Assembly: GCF_006345805.1 (NCBI RefSeq)
Contig: NC_042997.1
Coordinates: 181,598,001-181,662,000, forward strand
Origin: Octopus sinensis
Lineage: Eukaryota
Direction of reading: 5' to 3'
DNA length: 64,000 nucleotides
Shown here: positions 26,145 through 40,017 of the stretch, piece by piece
Numbering within the stretch: position 1 is the stretch's first letter
Layout: every line of letters starts with the position of its first letter
Program-made: the position numbers and the translations under genes
Notes under the pieces: generated by a model
Told to the model about the DNA's origin: nothing
Database searches by the model: none
What the model saw: the letters and a program-made list of their open reading frames with translations, nothing else

Positions 26145-27010
26145 ATTACAGTCTTCTGTGAGTATTTTGAATTTCCCTCAAAATAAGTTAAGGAACTTAC
26201 ATATCTACAGGTTTGGTCATACACACGATCACCTCAAAAAAAATTTAGAAACTTTAATAGCTCCAATTTTGTGTGAACAATTTGTCTTCCTTTCTTCTCT
26301 GACTAACAGAATATGTAAACATGCCTTTTATTGTAACAGCACAATTAAGTGCACGTTAAAAAAGAAAAAAAAGAAGTAAGCACCTGCCAATATATACATA
26401 TTACACAACTACAAAACTGTAAACCACCGCCAAACATTTAAAAAAGAAAAGAAGAAAAATTTCAAAAGAAAAAGAAAGAGAAATTCAGAAATTAAAAAAT
26501 CCAACAAGGTGAACATCTTTTCCTCCTACTATTTTCAAAGACTGGAATATCTACAATTTCCTGTGAATATTATAAATCTTCCTCAAAATAAAATAAGCTA
26601 GGAAACCTACATACCTACAGCTTTCGAACACACAAACGATCAGCTTTAAAAAAACCCAACCCTTTAATATCTACAACTAATGTGCGACGACTTATCTTTT
26701 CCTCTCTCCCTGAGTATTTTAAAATGTAAGCATCATGATCCTTTTTATTCTAAGAACACTATCATTTCTCTCTGTGCAGTCATACAAAAGACCATATTTA
26801 GTAAATCTTAGAACTTTACTAGCCACAACTTGTTTTCTTTTCCTTTTGACTCTCCCTGAGCATTCGAAAATGTAAACATCCTTTTCATTGCAAAAGTCCT
26901 ACTGTATTCTCTAACTGGACAGACAAACGATCATATCAAGAAAACTTAAAAACTTTAATATATTGTCCAAATACGTAAACACACCTTTTATTGCAACAAC
27001 ACAACTGAAT
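26140..27010. repeat. Degenerate internally repeated AT-rich tract
   Basis: Recurrent cctgWgaRtatt, cWcaaacgatca, aaactttaata and atgtaaacatVcttttattg motifs. Confidence 0.5.
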
Positions 27011-27607
27011 TCAGAAATTCAAAAATTCTTCGACTTGATTATCAGAACATATGTATGTGTATTATTATTATTGTTTTTTCCTACCAGTAATTACAAATAG
27101 AACAAGTTGAATTGCTTCTTTTCAAAGCAGCGCTGCCAGTATCCACTGGTAGTAGTAAACACATTTGACCTGTCCTGACCTAAAGGGTGCGAAGAGTCCT
27201 TTGTCTCTATGGCTGACATTTGTCCCAATGACTGCCGAATCTATTTATAGACCTGTAGTATATGACCTCTTAACTAAATGCTACTCAACTTTTCCCTAAA
27301 ACAATGGTGGTGTTGGTGGTGATGGTGATAATGATAAAAAATATATTGATAATATGCTGCTGCTGCTAATACTTGATACTACTAACACTACATTAACACT
27401 ACAACTACTATTATTATGATAGTACAGGAATCTGAGACCGAACTACCACCCTCACCACTGCCCCTATCCATGTTACTGTTGCTGTTGCTGCAACCACTGC
27501 TGCGACTACACATAAAAACAATAATATCAGCGATATCAGTGATGCTGATGATGATGATGATAATAATAATAATAATAATAATAATAATATAATAATAATA
27601 ATAATAA

Positions 27608-29760
27608 TGAAAGGAAACGGGTGGAGCCTCCTCCTCCTCCTCATCATCATCATGAGCTGATTAATGATACATCTAGTGATAGTGTCACAATAAAAACACT
27701 GGTAATTGCGCAACCTGACAATCACTACCTCATATGAGTGACAATGAAAAAACAAAATATTGTGAATAACGGTGGTAATGAAACTGAAGCCAATGATGGT
27801 GACAGTGTTACACCCGGTAGGCTCAGAGATTCTGGTCCAGCTCCACCCTGTCGATATCCAGAAAGGGACCACCACACACGACGTAGATGGAGCCAATAAA
27901 TTAATGCTGTGATCATGGAGTGTTACTACGTGAGCAATCCGATAGATGAAAATGATTCTCAAATTAGGGGGTACCGACAACGTATGTATGATCATCGCGG
28001 AGAAAAGGGATTGTTTCAACTCACGGAGCAGAGACTATGAGATCAAGCTAGAGCAATAAGAAAAAAATGCTGGTTCACAGAAGTAGAGCTCGAAGCTATC
28101 AAATGACGGCTCATGGAAAATAGCAGCAGAGATAACAATGAAAATACAGTTCTTTCTAGTAAGAGTAATTCAACAGCACAGGAAAGGAGCAGTGGTAGTT
28201 TACTTGATGAGACACATACAGATGATATAAAAGAAGACAATAAAACTAAAACTAAAAATAAAGGCGGCATGACAAATGAACAAAACGCAATCTATGACAG
28301 AATAAAGGCAAGACTACAGGAGAATGATAGCGACATTATTTGCAACCTTAAAAAGGTTGCTCAATGGAAATTGAAACAAGAAACGAAAAATGTCAAGGAA
28401 ATTCTGAAATACGTCAGAACAAACAACATCACGGAAACAAATAATTTGATCAAGGCAACAAGTATTGTTGCTTAAAATCGAACAAAAATATAGGGCACTG
28501 AAAAGGAGGTATAATATTGAAAGAAAGGGCCTGAAAGTAGTAGTGGAGGAACTGAAACAGCGCCTTGTTGCAAAGAAAGCAAAGATGGCAAGATACGACC
28601 AAAGAATTAAGGGTTACCCCCAGAATAGGTTATTCAGAGTAGATAAGAAGAGGTTCTATAAAGAAATAAATGGAGAGTGTATACAAGAAAAGTTGATACC
28701 AGATAACATTGAAAGTCAAAGGTTTTGGAGTGACATCTGGAGTAAAGACAAGGAGCACAAGAAGGATGCTGAATGGTTGCAAGAACTGAAACAAACAGTA
28801 GTCTGTCCAAAACATGCAGAACTTGTCATTTCAGTTAGGGAAGTGAAGGAAATCAGCAAAAAGAAAAAAAAAAATGAGCAGCTGGAAGGCCCCGGGAACA
28901 GATGGAGTTCAAGGCTACTGGATCAAAAGATTTGGTCAATGTCATGCACGAATAGCTGCGCAACTCAACACCTTTTTAAATGCTGACCAAGTAACAACAG
29001 AGTGGTTGACATTGGATAGGACAGTGCTGTGCTTGAAAAACATCGAAAAAGGCAATACGGTAGACAATTACAGGCCGATATTCTGTTTGCCACTTATGTG
29101 GAAGTTATTGACTAGAATACAAACATCTGGAAAAAAATGGAGTCCTGCCACATGAGCAGAAGGGTTGCAAACGTAAGTGCAGAGGTGCCAAGGATCAACT
29201 CCTGATAGACAAAACTGTACTTAGAGACTACAAGAGGAGGAAAAGTAACATAGCTATGCCATGGATCGACTATCGTAAGGCGTACGATATGATCCCACAT
29301 TTTTGGATTATGAATATATGAACCTATTTGGTATTGCATCGAATGTTGAGCGATTGCTTGGAAAAGTATGGCGAATTGGAGGACGGACCTGACAGCATAC
29401 GGAAGAAATTTAGGGACAGTAGAAATTAGGAGGGGCATCTTCCAAGGGGACTGCCTGTCCCTACTGATCTTTGTACTGTGCTTGATACCACTAACATTGA
29501 TTCTGAGGAAAGCAAAAACTGGGTATGTATTCAAAAGCCGCCAGCAAAAAGTCAACCATTTGTTATTCATAGATGACTTTATGGTAAAGATGAAACCCTG
29601 GTCAGTTCCCTCGCTGATACGGTGTATATCTTCAGTGCTGGTATCAGAATGGAGTTCGGATTGAGAAAGTGTGATGTGTTAGTCTTGAAGAGAGGCAAAA
29701 TCAAATGTATGGACGGGTTAACGACACCGTCGGGGAGATTATGAAACAGATAGAAGAGAC
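27608..29760 (+). mobile_element. R4/Dong-clade non-LTR retrotransposon, degraded and 3'-truncated
   Basis: N-terminal RRRWS..IMECYY.SNP..GYRQRM; RT motifs [64 protein letters not shown]; stops and frameshifts. Confidence 0.88.
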
Positions 29761-30096
29761 TTTCCCCTTTCCCACTCAATATATTTAGTTTTGTTTCAGT
29801 TTTAGGAATTACTGTTACCACTGTAAACGCTGTGAAAGGCGGTTGAATTGAAGAAACAAAGCAGTAATAAAGTAAAATGCCTTGTGGTGTTTTGTTAGGA
29901 GTTAAAATTCTACTGAAGTTTACTTCGCATATAATCCTTCCAGGTTCGATAACCCTTCTAGGTTCGATAAAATAAAGTACCAGTTGACTACTGCAGTTGG
30001 ACTAATCGGTTAGTTCACAAGGAATATTGACTGTTGGTTCGTAAAGAGATTTTCTAGATCGTTACACTGTTTTTACTGTTGTCTGGTTATCCTGTG

Positions 30097-30430
30097 AAGG
30101 CGCATGGCTCAGTGGTTAGAGCGTCGAGCTTATGGTCGTGAGGTTGTGAGTTCGAATCCCGGGCCGGGCTGCGTGTTGTGCTCTTGAGCAAGACACTTTA
30201 TTTCACGATGATCCAGTTTACTCAGCTGTAGAAATGAGTTGCGACGTCACAGGTGCTAAGCTGTATCGGCCCTTGCCTTTCCCTTGCATAACATCAGTGG
30301 TGTGGAGAAGGGAGGCTGGTATGCATGGGCGAGTACTGGTCTTCCATAAACAATCTTGCCCGGACTTGTGCCTCGGAGGGTAACTTTCTAGGTGCAATCC
30401 CATGGTCAGTCATAACCGAAGAGGGTCTCA
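30097..30430 (+). mobile_element. tRNA-derived SINE (further family)
   Basis: Head ggcgcatggctcagtggttagagcgtcg...gttcgaatccc; ttgagcaagacactt...cagctgtagaaatgagt domain. Confidence 0.8.
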
Positions 30431-32857
30431 GCAGGTTATCCTATTTATTGTACGTAACAAGTTACGTTACAACACATATCGACAAAGACTGGGGGCTTTG
30501 GGTCCCTAATGGTGCGTTTCTAGAAATGACATTTCTTGTCTAAATTTGAGTAAATCGTTATGAAGAGTGATGTGCAACAGTCTAGTATTACAGTGTTTCG
30601 ATATTATAAAAAATTATGAAACTGCACTAGATTTGACCGAGATCGTAAAGAATATCGGACAAAAATGCTTTACCACAACAAGCTATATATTTTACTGTCC
30701 TGAGCTCAAACTGTGCCGATTTGCTTTCCAACCTTCAACGAATCAATAAAGTAACCACCAATAATACATTGTAATTGGTTCAATCAGCTAAAAGCCTCTT
30801 CTATAAAAATTGGCCTTGTATCTAATGAGAATAAATCAATATTTATAGCCAGGCAATTGTATGTTTTGATGATCTTTCTGGCAGTTTTATCCAAGTTCTT
30901 TTGATAGTATATTGATCAACGTTTTATCTTTATGGTCATAGGATTAATTATATCGCTATCTAGAGAATCTGAATTTTAGCTGTGGCGACATCCAAGCGCT
31001 AATACACTGCCATTTCCCATAGCCAACATCAATTTGGCTGTCCTCAACATGAGTGATAATACATTTAACACACATAATTCAGTTATTACTGTCTCAGATT
31101 AACTATATGAAAAATAGATAATAGCAGTCGTTGTGTGTGGCTGGCTCAGTAGATGTGCAAGTGCAAGCCAAGTGTAAGTGCAGAATTGATTTCATATTTT
31201 CAACTTCTGGGGCGAACTTGGCCACGCAAAGTATGCATTTAGATAATTTGCGTTCCTTTAGTAATATGACGAAAACTCTGCTCTGTTAGTCGAACAGTCG
31301 AAAGAATTGGTAAAAGAGCAACCAAAAGTTGAATAGTGATTTGGCGTTTGGAGAGGGAAGAGAGAAAAATATGCAAAATATGTGGTACATACGTTTTTGC
31401 AACCGGTGGTGGTATTAAGCCGAAGATCGGATTAAATTTATCATCCTGGAACAGGAACGGTCGTACAGTTTTCACATAGTTACCATCTACCAAATTTCAG
31501 TGTCAAGAATTTGGTTAATCCAAGCCAATGAAAGATACATGTCCAAGATTCTATGAAGTGGATCACAATCGAAAACCATGCATTTGCAAAGAAAACTTCT
31601 TACTCATGCAACCAAGGCTCATCGAGCAAAAACCTACTGTCAAAAGGCATTCCAACTATGACCATCTCATCTTTGTTTTTAGCTGTATGAAGAAATACCT
31701 TACCGATTACGCTCTTTATTGAAGATAGAGTAATGTGATTTAGTGAAAATTTGGATGCTATTTTGTTGGCATGTATTAATACTTTTATGTAAATTGCAAT
31801 ATAATTGAAATGATTCAACTGGAGATTGAAACTTTGTCATAGAATTGGGATTGCTGGGAGCATGGATCTTTTTTATAATATTCATCACAGTTTTTATGTT
31901 TAACATTGAATTTCTAATATCGGAAAAAGATGCAAAATTGAAGCGGGACATGAGATTTAATCCACGCCAGAAATTGTTTGGTTCTCATTTTGTCGAAATT
32001 GGAAGGATGAAAAGTAAACATGAACTAGATTTGAACTCTGGACGTAAGTTTGTCTGGTGCTCTACCGATTCAGTTATTCACCATCCTTCAGTTACTCTTT
32101 AATCATTCACATTAGCTTTTCATCCTTCCAAGTTCCACAACTAATTATTGACAATGTTTAAATCGACTGCCCTAGCCTCAATTTCATATCTTCTTGCGAT
32201 GTTAGAAATTCTGTATTAGGCATAATAAAAGTAGTTATTATGAGAGATAGCAGCACTCAACAACCCCAAATTCGCAACGAAATTTCTGTCTCTGGTAAAA
32301 ACCTATTAACTTATGCTCCAACAAGCAACATAAGAAGAAAAAGAACATGTCCATGAAATATCGAAATTTCCTTTAAATCATATTCCACCGTCGAAAATCA
32401 CCACTATGAAAAGCATTATTACTGCAATCTAATTGCGCGCAATGAGTTTAGTCTAGCGATTACTCTAAGTCCTAGTTTGTCTCTAAGTTAAATAATATTT
32501 GCAATAAGGTCTCATGAATGGTCAATGACTCCTGCCTTCAAAGATGTCAGGTAAATCTCCTCTGTTTTGTGTACGAAGGAAATAATTATATGTATTCACA
32601 TATGCTTAATTTTCCACAGCGAAAGCAATAAGATTAAAGTTTAACTACCTCAAATTTGCCTAAGGTTTTCTGATGCGCACTATGTTGCACACACTTATAA
32701 GTGTCTATCATATAAGCGCATTTGTATAAATCTCTATATATACATGTGTGTTTGTGTGTAAATTGAAAATATAGGTCTTTTTGAAAAGGGAAGGAGAGAA
32801 CTGTAATCACTTAATGACCGAATATTCAGCGATATGTATTCGTATTAGTAGAATAAA

Positions 32858-33240
32858 AGTGGAGGCGCAATGGCCCAGTGGTTAGGGCAGCGGACTCGCG
32901 GTCGTAGGATCGCGGTTTCGATTCCCAGACCGGGCGTTGTGAGTGTTTATTGAGCGAAAAACACCTAAAGCTCCATGAGGCTCCGGCAAGGGATGGTGGT
33001 GATCCCTGCTGTACTCTTTCACCACAACTTTCTCTCACTCTTACTTCCTGTTTCTGTTGTACCTGTATTTCAAAGGGCCGGCCTTGTCACTCTCTGTGTC
33101 ACGCTGAATATCCCCGAGAACTACGTTAAGGGTACACGTTTCTGTGGAGTGCTCAGCCACTTACACGTTAATTTCACGAGCAGGCTGTTCCGTTGATCGG
33201 ATCAACCGGAACCCTCGTCGTCGTAACCGACGGAGTGCTT
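32858..33240 (+). mobile_element. tRNA-derived SINE family C, full length
   Basis: Head ggaggcgcaatggcccagtggttagggcagcgg; tail ccctcgtcgtcgtaaccgacggagtgc. Confidence 0.9.
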
Positions 33241-33773
33241 CCTACTAGTAGAATAAATAGTGGAATGAACTCAAATTGTAAGAAAGTGAACGAGCTAAAT
33301 AAATAGTAATGATGTTGCCACGATGCGGTGAAGAGGTATTGTATTCAATGAGAATATTTTGTGCCTTCTGAATACTTTGCAGAAACAAAGCAATAGAAAC
33401 AGGAATAGACAAAACAGAGAATGTCCTTGCAACGTCAACACATGCCTCTAATACAAATACATATGGATGCACACTACATCATTGAGTGACTACATTTGTC
33501 ATTCTTCTCCCACTTAAAAAAAATATGCAGACTTTAATAACTTTGTCACTATAGAAGCGAGACAGCTCCAAGCACACTTCTATAGACACTCGGTTGGCTT
33601 AATTCCCTTAATAAATTTCGAGAATTAAAATACCCACACCGACTTCATCCAGTTGGTTTACCTGCGGTTCGTTACTTTTCATTCTATACAACAGCTCTAA
33701 ACTGCACTTTAATACGCTCGCATATTCCGATATTCCTATAAACACTCAATGATGTTGATTATACTTTAATACC

Positions 33774-33996
33774 GGGCGGCGAGCTGGTAGAAACGTTAGC
33801 GAAATGCTTAGCGGTATTTCGTCTGCCGTTACGTTCTGGGTTCAAATTCCGCCGAGGTCGACTTTGCCTTTCATCCTTTCGAGGTCGATAAATTAACTAC
33901 CAGTTGCGCACTGGGGTTGATATAATCGACTTAATCCGTCTGTCTGTCCTTGTTTGTCTCCTCTGTGTTTAGCCCCTTGTGGGTAGTAAAGAAATA
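33774..33996 (+). mobile_element. SINE family A
   Basis: Head-to-tail match to the other family A copies. Confidence 0.88.
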
Positions 33997-34093
33997 GATT
34001 ATACTTTAATACCTGTCACATTAATAAGCTTTGAGAAAATACTTATGTGCGCTCAATTAAAAAATCAAGGGAAAATGTTTAAACACCAGCTGC

Positions 34094-34280
34094 GTGGAGG
34101 CGCAATGGCCCAGTGGTTAGGGTAGCGGACTCGCGCTCGTAAGAACGTGGTTTCGATTCCCAGACCGAGCGTTGTCAGTGTTTATTGAGCAAAAACACCT
34201 GAGCTCCACGAGGTTCCGGCGGTGGGTAGTGGTGAACCCCGCTGTACTCTTTCACCACAACTTTCTTTCACTCTTTCTTC
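34094..34280 (+). mobile_element. SINE family C, 5' part
   Basis: Matches the first ~190 nt of 32858-33240. Confidence 0.8.
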
Positions 34281-35201
34281 CTACTTCTGCCACAAAGCAG
34301 AGGAACCATGGTGTAACCCACTGTGGTGTGGTAAACTTTCAGACCCTAGTCTAGATTGCGAATCCTCTGTACCCCAGGATGGTTCAGCTCTCTACCCGAT
34401 AAAAGCCACCGTTTACGGAATGAGGATAACAACGCAGCTTTCGCGCCCGTGTAACCGCCAGTCTATCGCGTGTGGTGGATGGATCTTCATGTTGCCATAC
34501 GCATTCTTCGTAGCTTAAAGTAGGCTCGAATTAGAGATTATTCTTTGTGGCTAATGGTGAGAGTCCTGATTGGAAGAAGAAGAAGAAGAAGAAGAACACA
34601 AGCTGCTGGTCGCCAACAACTGGACTTTCAGTCAGTGAACTACAGCATTCAAGTTAGTAGAATCGTTACCGTGGTGGATAAAAAGCAACAATTTCTTCTG
34701 CCTTTTTTTACGGGGTTAAAATTCCTCTGAGGTCAACTTAAAATAAGTACCAGCCCAGTACTGCAATCGACTAACCATCAACTTTTAAAATTGCCAGCCT
34801 TGTGCTAAAATTTGTAACCAATATTTATATCATGTTAGGTTTGAAGCGTACCCTCTCATCATTGGGTATGTCATTCTATTTCACCTCTCCCAATTTCCCC
34901 ATACTTGGCATACATTTACATCAACTGCACAAGTTCTCGATGGTCCGACTCTTATTGTTTTTTCTCGGAGTTGTTTTCATGTCGTATTTTTTGTGATATT
35001 CTTACTTTCTTTCAAAAGATATACAGAATTATCTTTTACTGACGATACTTTGTTGGCAAAAACATCGAAGAGAGACAACATTTATGAAAAACCTCTGTGA
35101 CTGTATAACAAATATACTGAGCAGTCAATTGAACGTGGTGTTCTCTTTTTAATGAAAAGTATCTGATACATATACATATGCGAATGTGCGAGTCAGCGCG
35201 T

Positions 35202-35335
35202 GCGTCCCCAAAGTCCATCCCCTCCTCACCGTGGTGAGGACGCTGGCAACGGGTAGTGTCAGAGTTATGCCGTCGGGAACTTCGGTTCCTGGTAGGGCCA
35301 CCCAAGGCGGATTGGTCTGACACCGAGTGGTATTA
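35202..35335 (+). ncRNA. Candidate HDV-like self-cleaving ribozyme at the RTE 5' end
   Basis: P1 GCGUCCCC/GAGGACGC (7/8), UCCUC loop, GGCAAC after P1, P4 GUGUCAGA/UCUGACAC; P2 and P3 fit only weakly. Confidence 0.45.
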
Positions 35336-38300
35336 GGGCCACAACCCGGCAGACGGGGCTCTCGTGAAAATCCTCGGAGTGTCTGTTTCGGCAACCGGCG
35401 GCTCCTCGGTCGTTCTGTCCCTGCGTCTGCGGACAATCTACGGCAAACAGGATGTCTCTACATGCGGGATTGTTGAGGATCGCTTGTGAAATCCACATAT
35501 TCCCACGAAACTTCTTCCATGAATTCTCAATGGCGAATTCTCGCTCGACTACTGCTGCTACAGCTACTTCACTGCTGCTACTGCTACTTCAAGTACTACA
35601 CAAATCTACCCAAACCCTGCTATTGCTCTTCCGATATTTCGGCGTAGAAAGGACCTGAGAGTAGCGTGCTGGAACGTCAGAACACTTCGTGACGACGTTG
35701 TCCAGGCACTTACGATGAAGGCTCTGCACAGGTACCGCGTCGCCGTTACTTGTCTTTCAGAAGTGCGGCTTGCGGACGTCGGCCATCTTTCGATCAAAGT
35801 CCCAGGAGAAGAATTCACCTACCATCTGTATCACAGTGGTGTGACTAATAACAGTGGCCTCCATGGGGTGGCTATAGCGCTCAGCCCTGACGCGTAAGCG
35901 GCTTTGCTAGCGTGTCAGCCAATCTCGCATCGACCCGCACTGGTTCGATTGAAGGGTCAAATCTCCAACGTCAGCGTCATCGCTGTGTGTGCTCCCACTC
36001 TCAATGCAGACGATGCAGATCTTCAGGTGGCGGTGGATGATGTCCCTTCTAGTGATGTTCTGGGGACATCTGGGGACACTGTTGCTGGGGACTGGAACGC
36101 TCGGACCGGACCTGCTGACGATACAACACGGTCCATTCTGGGACGCTTTGCCCTAGGTGCTCGCTGTGACAATGGTGAACGGCTCATGTCTTTTGCGGAG
36201 GCTAATCGTCTTATCGTCACCAACACTCGCTTTCAGCATCCACGACGTCATCTCATCACGTGGCGTTCCAATGATGGGAGAACGGCCAATCAGATCGATT
36301 ACATCCTGGTCAGATCGCGGTGGGCCAGCTCGGTGATGGACTCTCGGGCGTTCCGGGGGGCTGACACAGGCAGTGAACATGGATCAGACCATACTCTTGT
36401 TCGGGCAACCCTCCGTCTCAGTCTGCAGGCGAGACCTCCTCCTACGCGTCAGAAGAGGATCGATGTCTCGCGTCTGAAACTCGATGCTGGAAACCATTTT
36501 CAGCTTGAGCTCAGAAACCGATTCCTAGCGCTTGGTGACGAGTTGGTTCAACAACCGGAGCAGGAATGGAGCGCACTCAAGACGGCGACGACTGAGGTGG
36601 CCGGGAAGCATCTTGGGTCCACCAGACGATGCCATCGGGACTGGATCTCCGGCGACACTCTTGAACTCGCTGAGAGGGCGAGAGTGACTCGACTGGAGGA
36701 TGCACCAAATTTTCGAGATCTGCGACGACGCGCCTCGAGGGCCATCCGGGCCGTTCGGAATGCACACTGGCGTGCATTCGCAGAGCGGACGGAAGGGGCA
36801 GCAGCCCGTGGTGACTCCCGCAAACTCTACCAGCTGGTGGAACAGGCTAGCCGAGGCAATACAGGTTTCAGTGAGACGATCCATGATCGGACTGGCGCGG
36901 TCATTACGAATCTTAGTGACCGGCTGGATCGATGGCGGGACCACTTCTCCGAGCTGCTCAACCATCCGCCACCATCTTCACAAACCTTCGTGCAGCCAAC
37001 TGGGGACGACTACAGTTGCAGCACTGCCCCTTCAACGGTCGAGGAGGTACGCGGTGTCCTCACCCGTCTCCGGAACAACAAAGCGCCAGGCGAAGATGGT
37101 ATTCCAGCAGAGGTATACAAAGCTGAGCCAGATGTCTTCGCATTCTGGCTCTATCGAGTCTTCTCCGCGGTGTGGGCGACAGAGCGTTTCCCTGAGGACT
37201 GGAGTGATGCAACCCTCCTGCCGTTCTTAAAAAAAGGCGACAAAAAGCTGTGCTCAAACTATAGGGGCATCAGTCTTATCGATGTTGCTGCCAAATCCTT
37301 CGCAATTCTTCTGCTGAAGAGGTTCCAGACCGTCCGTGATGTCCGTATCCGTCCTTCTCAGGGTGGCTTCCGTCCGGGAAGAGCGTGTGTCAATCAAATC
37401 TTCAACCTCCGGCGTGTTCTGGAACAACGGTGGGCGTACCAGCAGCCTACTGTTCTATGTTTCATCGACTTTGCTGCTGCCTTTGATTCGGTAGATCGGG
37501 AGGCCCTGTGACGCATAATGCAGGCGGACGGTATCCCAGAGAAGCTGCTCCGCCTCATACAAGGCTACTACCGATCGATTCGAGCACGCGTCAGGGTCTA
37601 TGGTGAGCAGACAGCGCCGTTTGATGTTGGGACGGGTGTGCGGCAGGGGTGCGCGCAGTCGCCAACCCTCTTCAACTACGCCATTGACTACGTTCTCAAC
37701 ACTCCGCTCCGGGACTACCGGGGCGTAGAGGTTGGGAGAGGAGTCGCGGTGACGGACCTGGCCTACGTGGACGACATCGTACTGATGGTTGCAAGCAGGG
37801 AGGATGTTCAAGCAGCTCTCGAAGGGGTTCAAACGGCAGCAGCCGCGGTTGGTCTCCGAATCAATGCCGCCAAGTCGAAGGTGATGAAGTCGTTGGTTCC
37901 GACTGACATCTGGCAGCCAACATCTCTCGCGGGCGAGGACCTGGGGGATGTGGAGTCTTTCGTCTACTTGGGCTCAACGGTGATCCCAAACGGTCAGGGT
38001 GCAGCTGAGGTCGATCATCGCATCAATGCTGCTCGATCTGCCTTTGGACGCCTGAAGCGGTGTCTGTGGGACCGAAGAGAGATCGCATCGGTGACCAAAG
38101 GGCGAATATATCAGGCCGTCGTTCGTACAGTACTTCCCTATGGCTGTGAAGCGTGGCCTATGCGGGTGGTCGATCAACGAAGGCTGAAAGTCTTCGACAA
38201 TGACTGCCTCCGGTGCATTCTTCGCTGCCGTCGGGTTTGATGGAGTTCCCACCGCCAATCTCCGACTTCGCCTCTCTCTGCGGCCCCTTCCACCTGACCT

Positions 38301-38636
38301 TCTGCAACGGCGCTTGCGGTGGTTTGACCATGCATGTAGGCATCCGGTGGGTGAACTGAGCCATGATGTCCTTCTCCAAACTCCACTTCCCAACTGGCGG
38401 AAACGCGCGGGCGGGCAGCTGAAGACCTGGGTTACGACGATCAAGGAGGACCTCTCCATGCTCACGGGACAGCAGGTGGTCGGCCTGCGCCAATGGAACC
38501 GTGACTGGCTCGCTATCTCCAGTGAACTGGCGCAGGACCGTCGTGCGTGGGCTGCCATTGTTCGAGATGCCTCGAGGGTGGTAGAAGAAGCCGACTCAAC
38601 CCGCCCAGGGTGAATATCGCCACAAGTACAAGTAAA
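35202..38636 (+). mobile_element. Near full-length RTE-clade LINE (APE endonuclease + RT), inactivated
   Basis: LRVACWNVRT, GDWNAR, NQIDYIL, GSDH, KAPGEDG, NYRGISL, FIDFAAAFDSV, GVRQG, YVDD, RRLRWF; 3' tail CAAGTACAAGTA; imperfect TSD AGTCAGCG(CG)TG at 35191-35202 and 38637-38646; in-frame stops at 35895 and 37509, frameshift near 38237. Confidence 0.97.
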
Positions 38637-38647
38637 AGTCAGCGTGT

Positions 38648-38719
<72 letters not shown>

Positions 38720-38721
<2 letters not shown>

Positions 38722-39091
38722 CTCTTTTACTTGTTTCAGTCATTTGACTGTGGCCATGCTGGAGCACCACCTTTAGTCGAGCAAATCGACGCCAGGACTT
38801 GTACTATCGGTCTTTTTGCCGAACAGCTACGTTACGGGAACGTAAACACACCAGCATCGGTTGTCAAGCGATGTTGGGGGAACAAACACAGACACACAAA
38901 CAAACGCACATACATATATATACATATATACGAAGGGCTTCTTTCAGTTTCCATCTACTAAATCCACTCAAAAGACTTTGGTCGGCTCGAGGCTATAGTA
39001 GAAGACACTTGCCGAAGGTGCCACGCAGGGGTACTGAACCTGGAACCATGTTGTTGGTAAGCAAGCTACTTACCAAACAGCCACTCCTACG

Positions 39092-39095
<4 letters not shown>
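38720..39095 (-). mobile_element. SINE family B
   Basis: Same modules as the other family B copies. Confidence 0.88.
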
Positions 39096-39155
<60 letters not shown>

Positions 39156-39788
39156 GTGTATGTGTGTGTGTGAGAGTGTGTGTATGTGTGTGTGTGTGTA
39201 TGTGTGTGTGTGTGTGAGTGTGTATAAAGGAATATTTTTTTTAAATGTGCGATTTTGTCAAGGAATTCGGTCAGAGGTCAAAAATAGAATGAAGCTAGAG
39301 CTCAGACTTTTGTTCTTGACATACTACGTAAATACGAAAGAATTTACAGTACCCAAACATGACTTTGGATTACAATATATTACTATACTATCTGGCGTAT
39401 AATTTTAGAAATAGATTTATCATAAAATCAAATCTAGTTCATACTATCTCGCAGGAGATACACAGAATAAATAGAAATAGTGAGAACGACAGAGAATGCC
39501 GGAGAGACTAGAAATGGTCAATAGAAAGAGGAAAGGGACGGCATCAGAAAACGGTCGAAAAAAAGTCGAAAGTAATATGGAGGATAGAATATGGATTGAT
39601 AGAATATGGAAGATGGAATGTGCAGAGAGAAAATGGAAGCACAAACAAAGTAGGTGTCAGTGAACAACGGAATTGTTAGAAAACACAGAAAGAGGGAAAA
39701 CAGTGGAGAGGGAAGAAAATAATTAAGTATACAAATAAAAGGCGTGGGATGTGAAGCGTGTGTATGTATGTGTGTGCATATATATATA

Positions 39789-39830
<42 letters not shown>

Positions 39831-39959
39831 TATAATAATATATATAATATATATATACAATCTATGTATATGTATGTGTATATATGTGTGTATATATATA
39901 TGTATGCATGTGTATATATATATATATTTATTTTTGTATGTGCACATATACATATATGC

Positions 39960-40017
<58 letters not shown>

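Noticed and set aside
30097-30170. tRNA-like heads here and at 17200-17275, 32858 and 34094
   Set aside because: They continue into SINE bodies and lack a closed acceptor stem; not tRNA genes.
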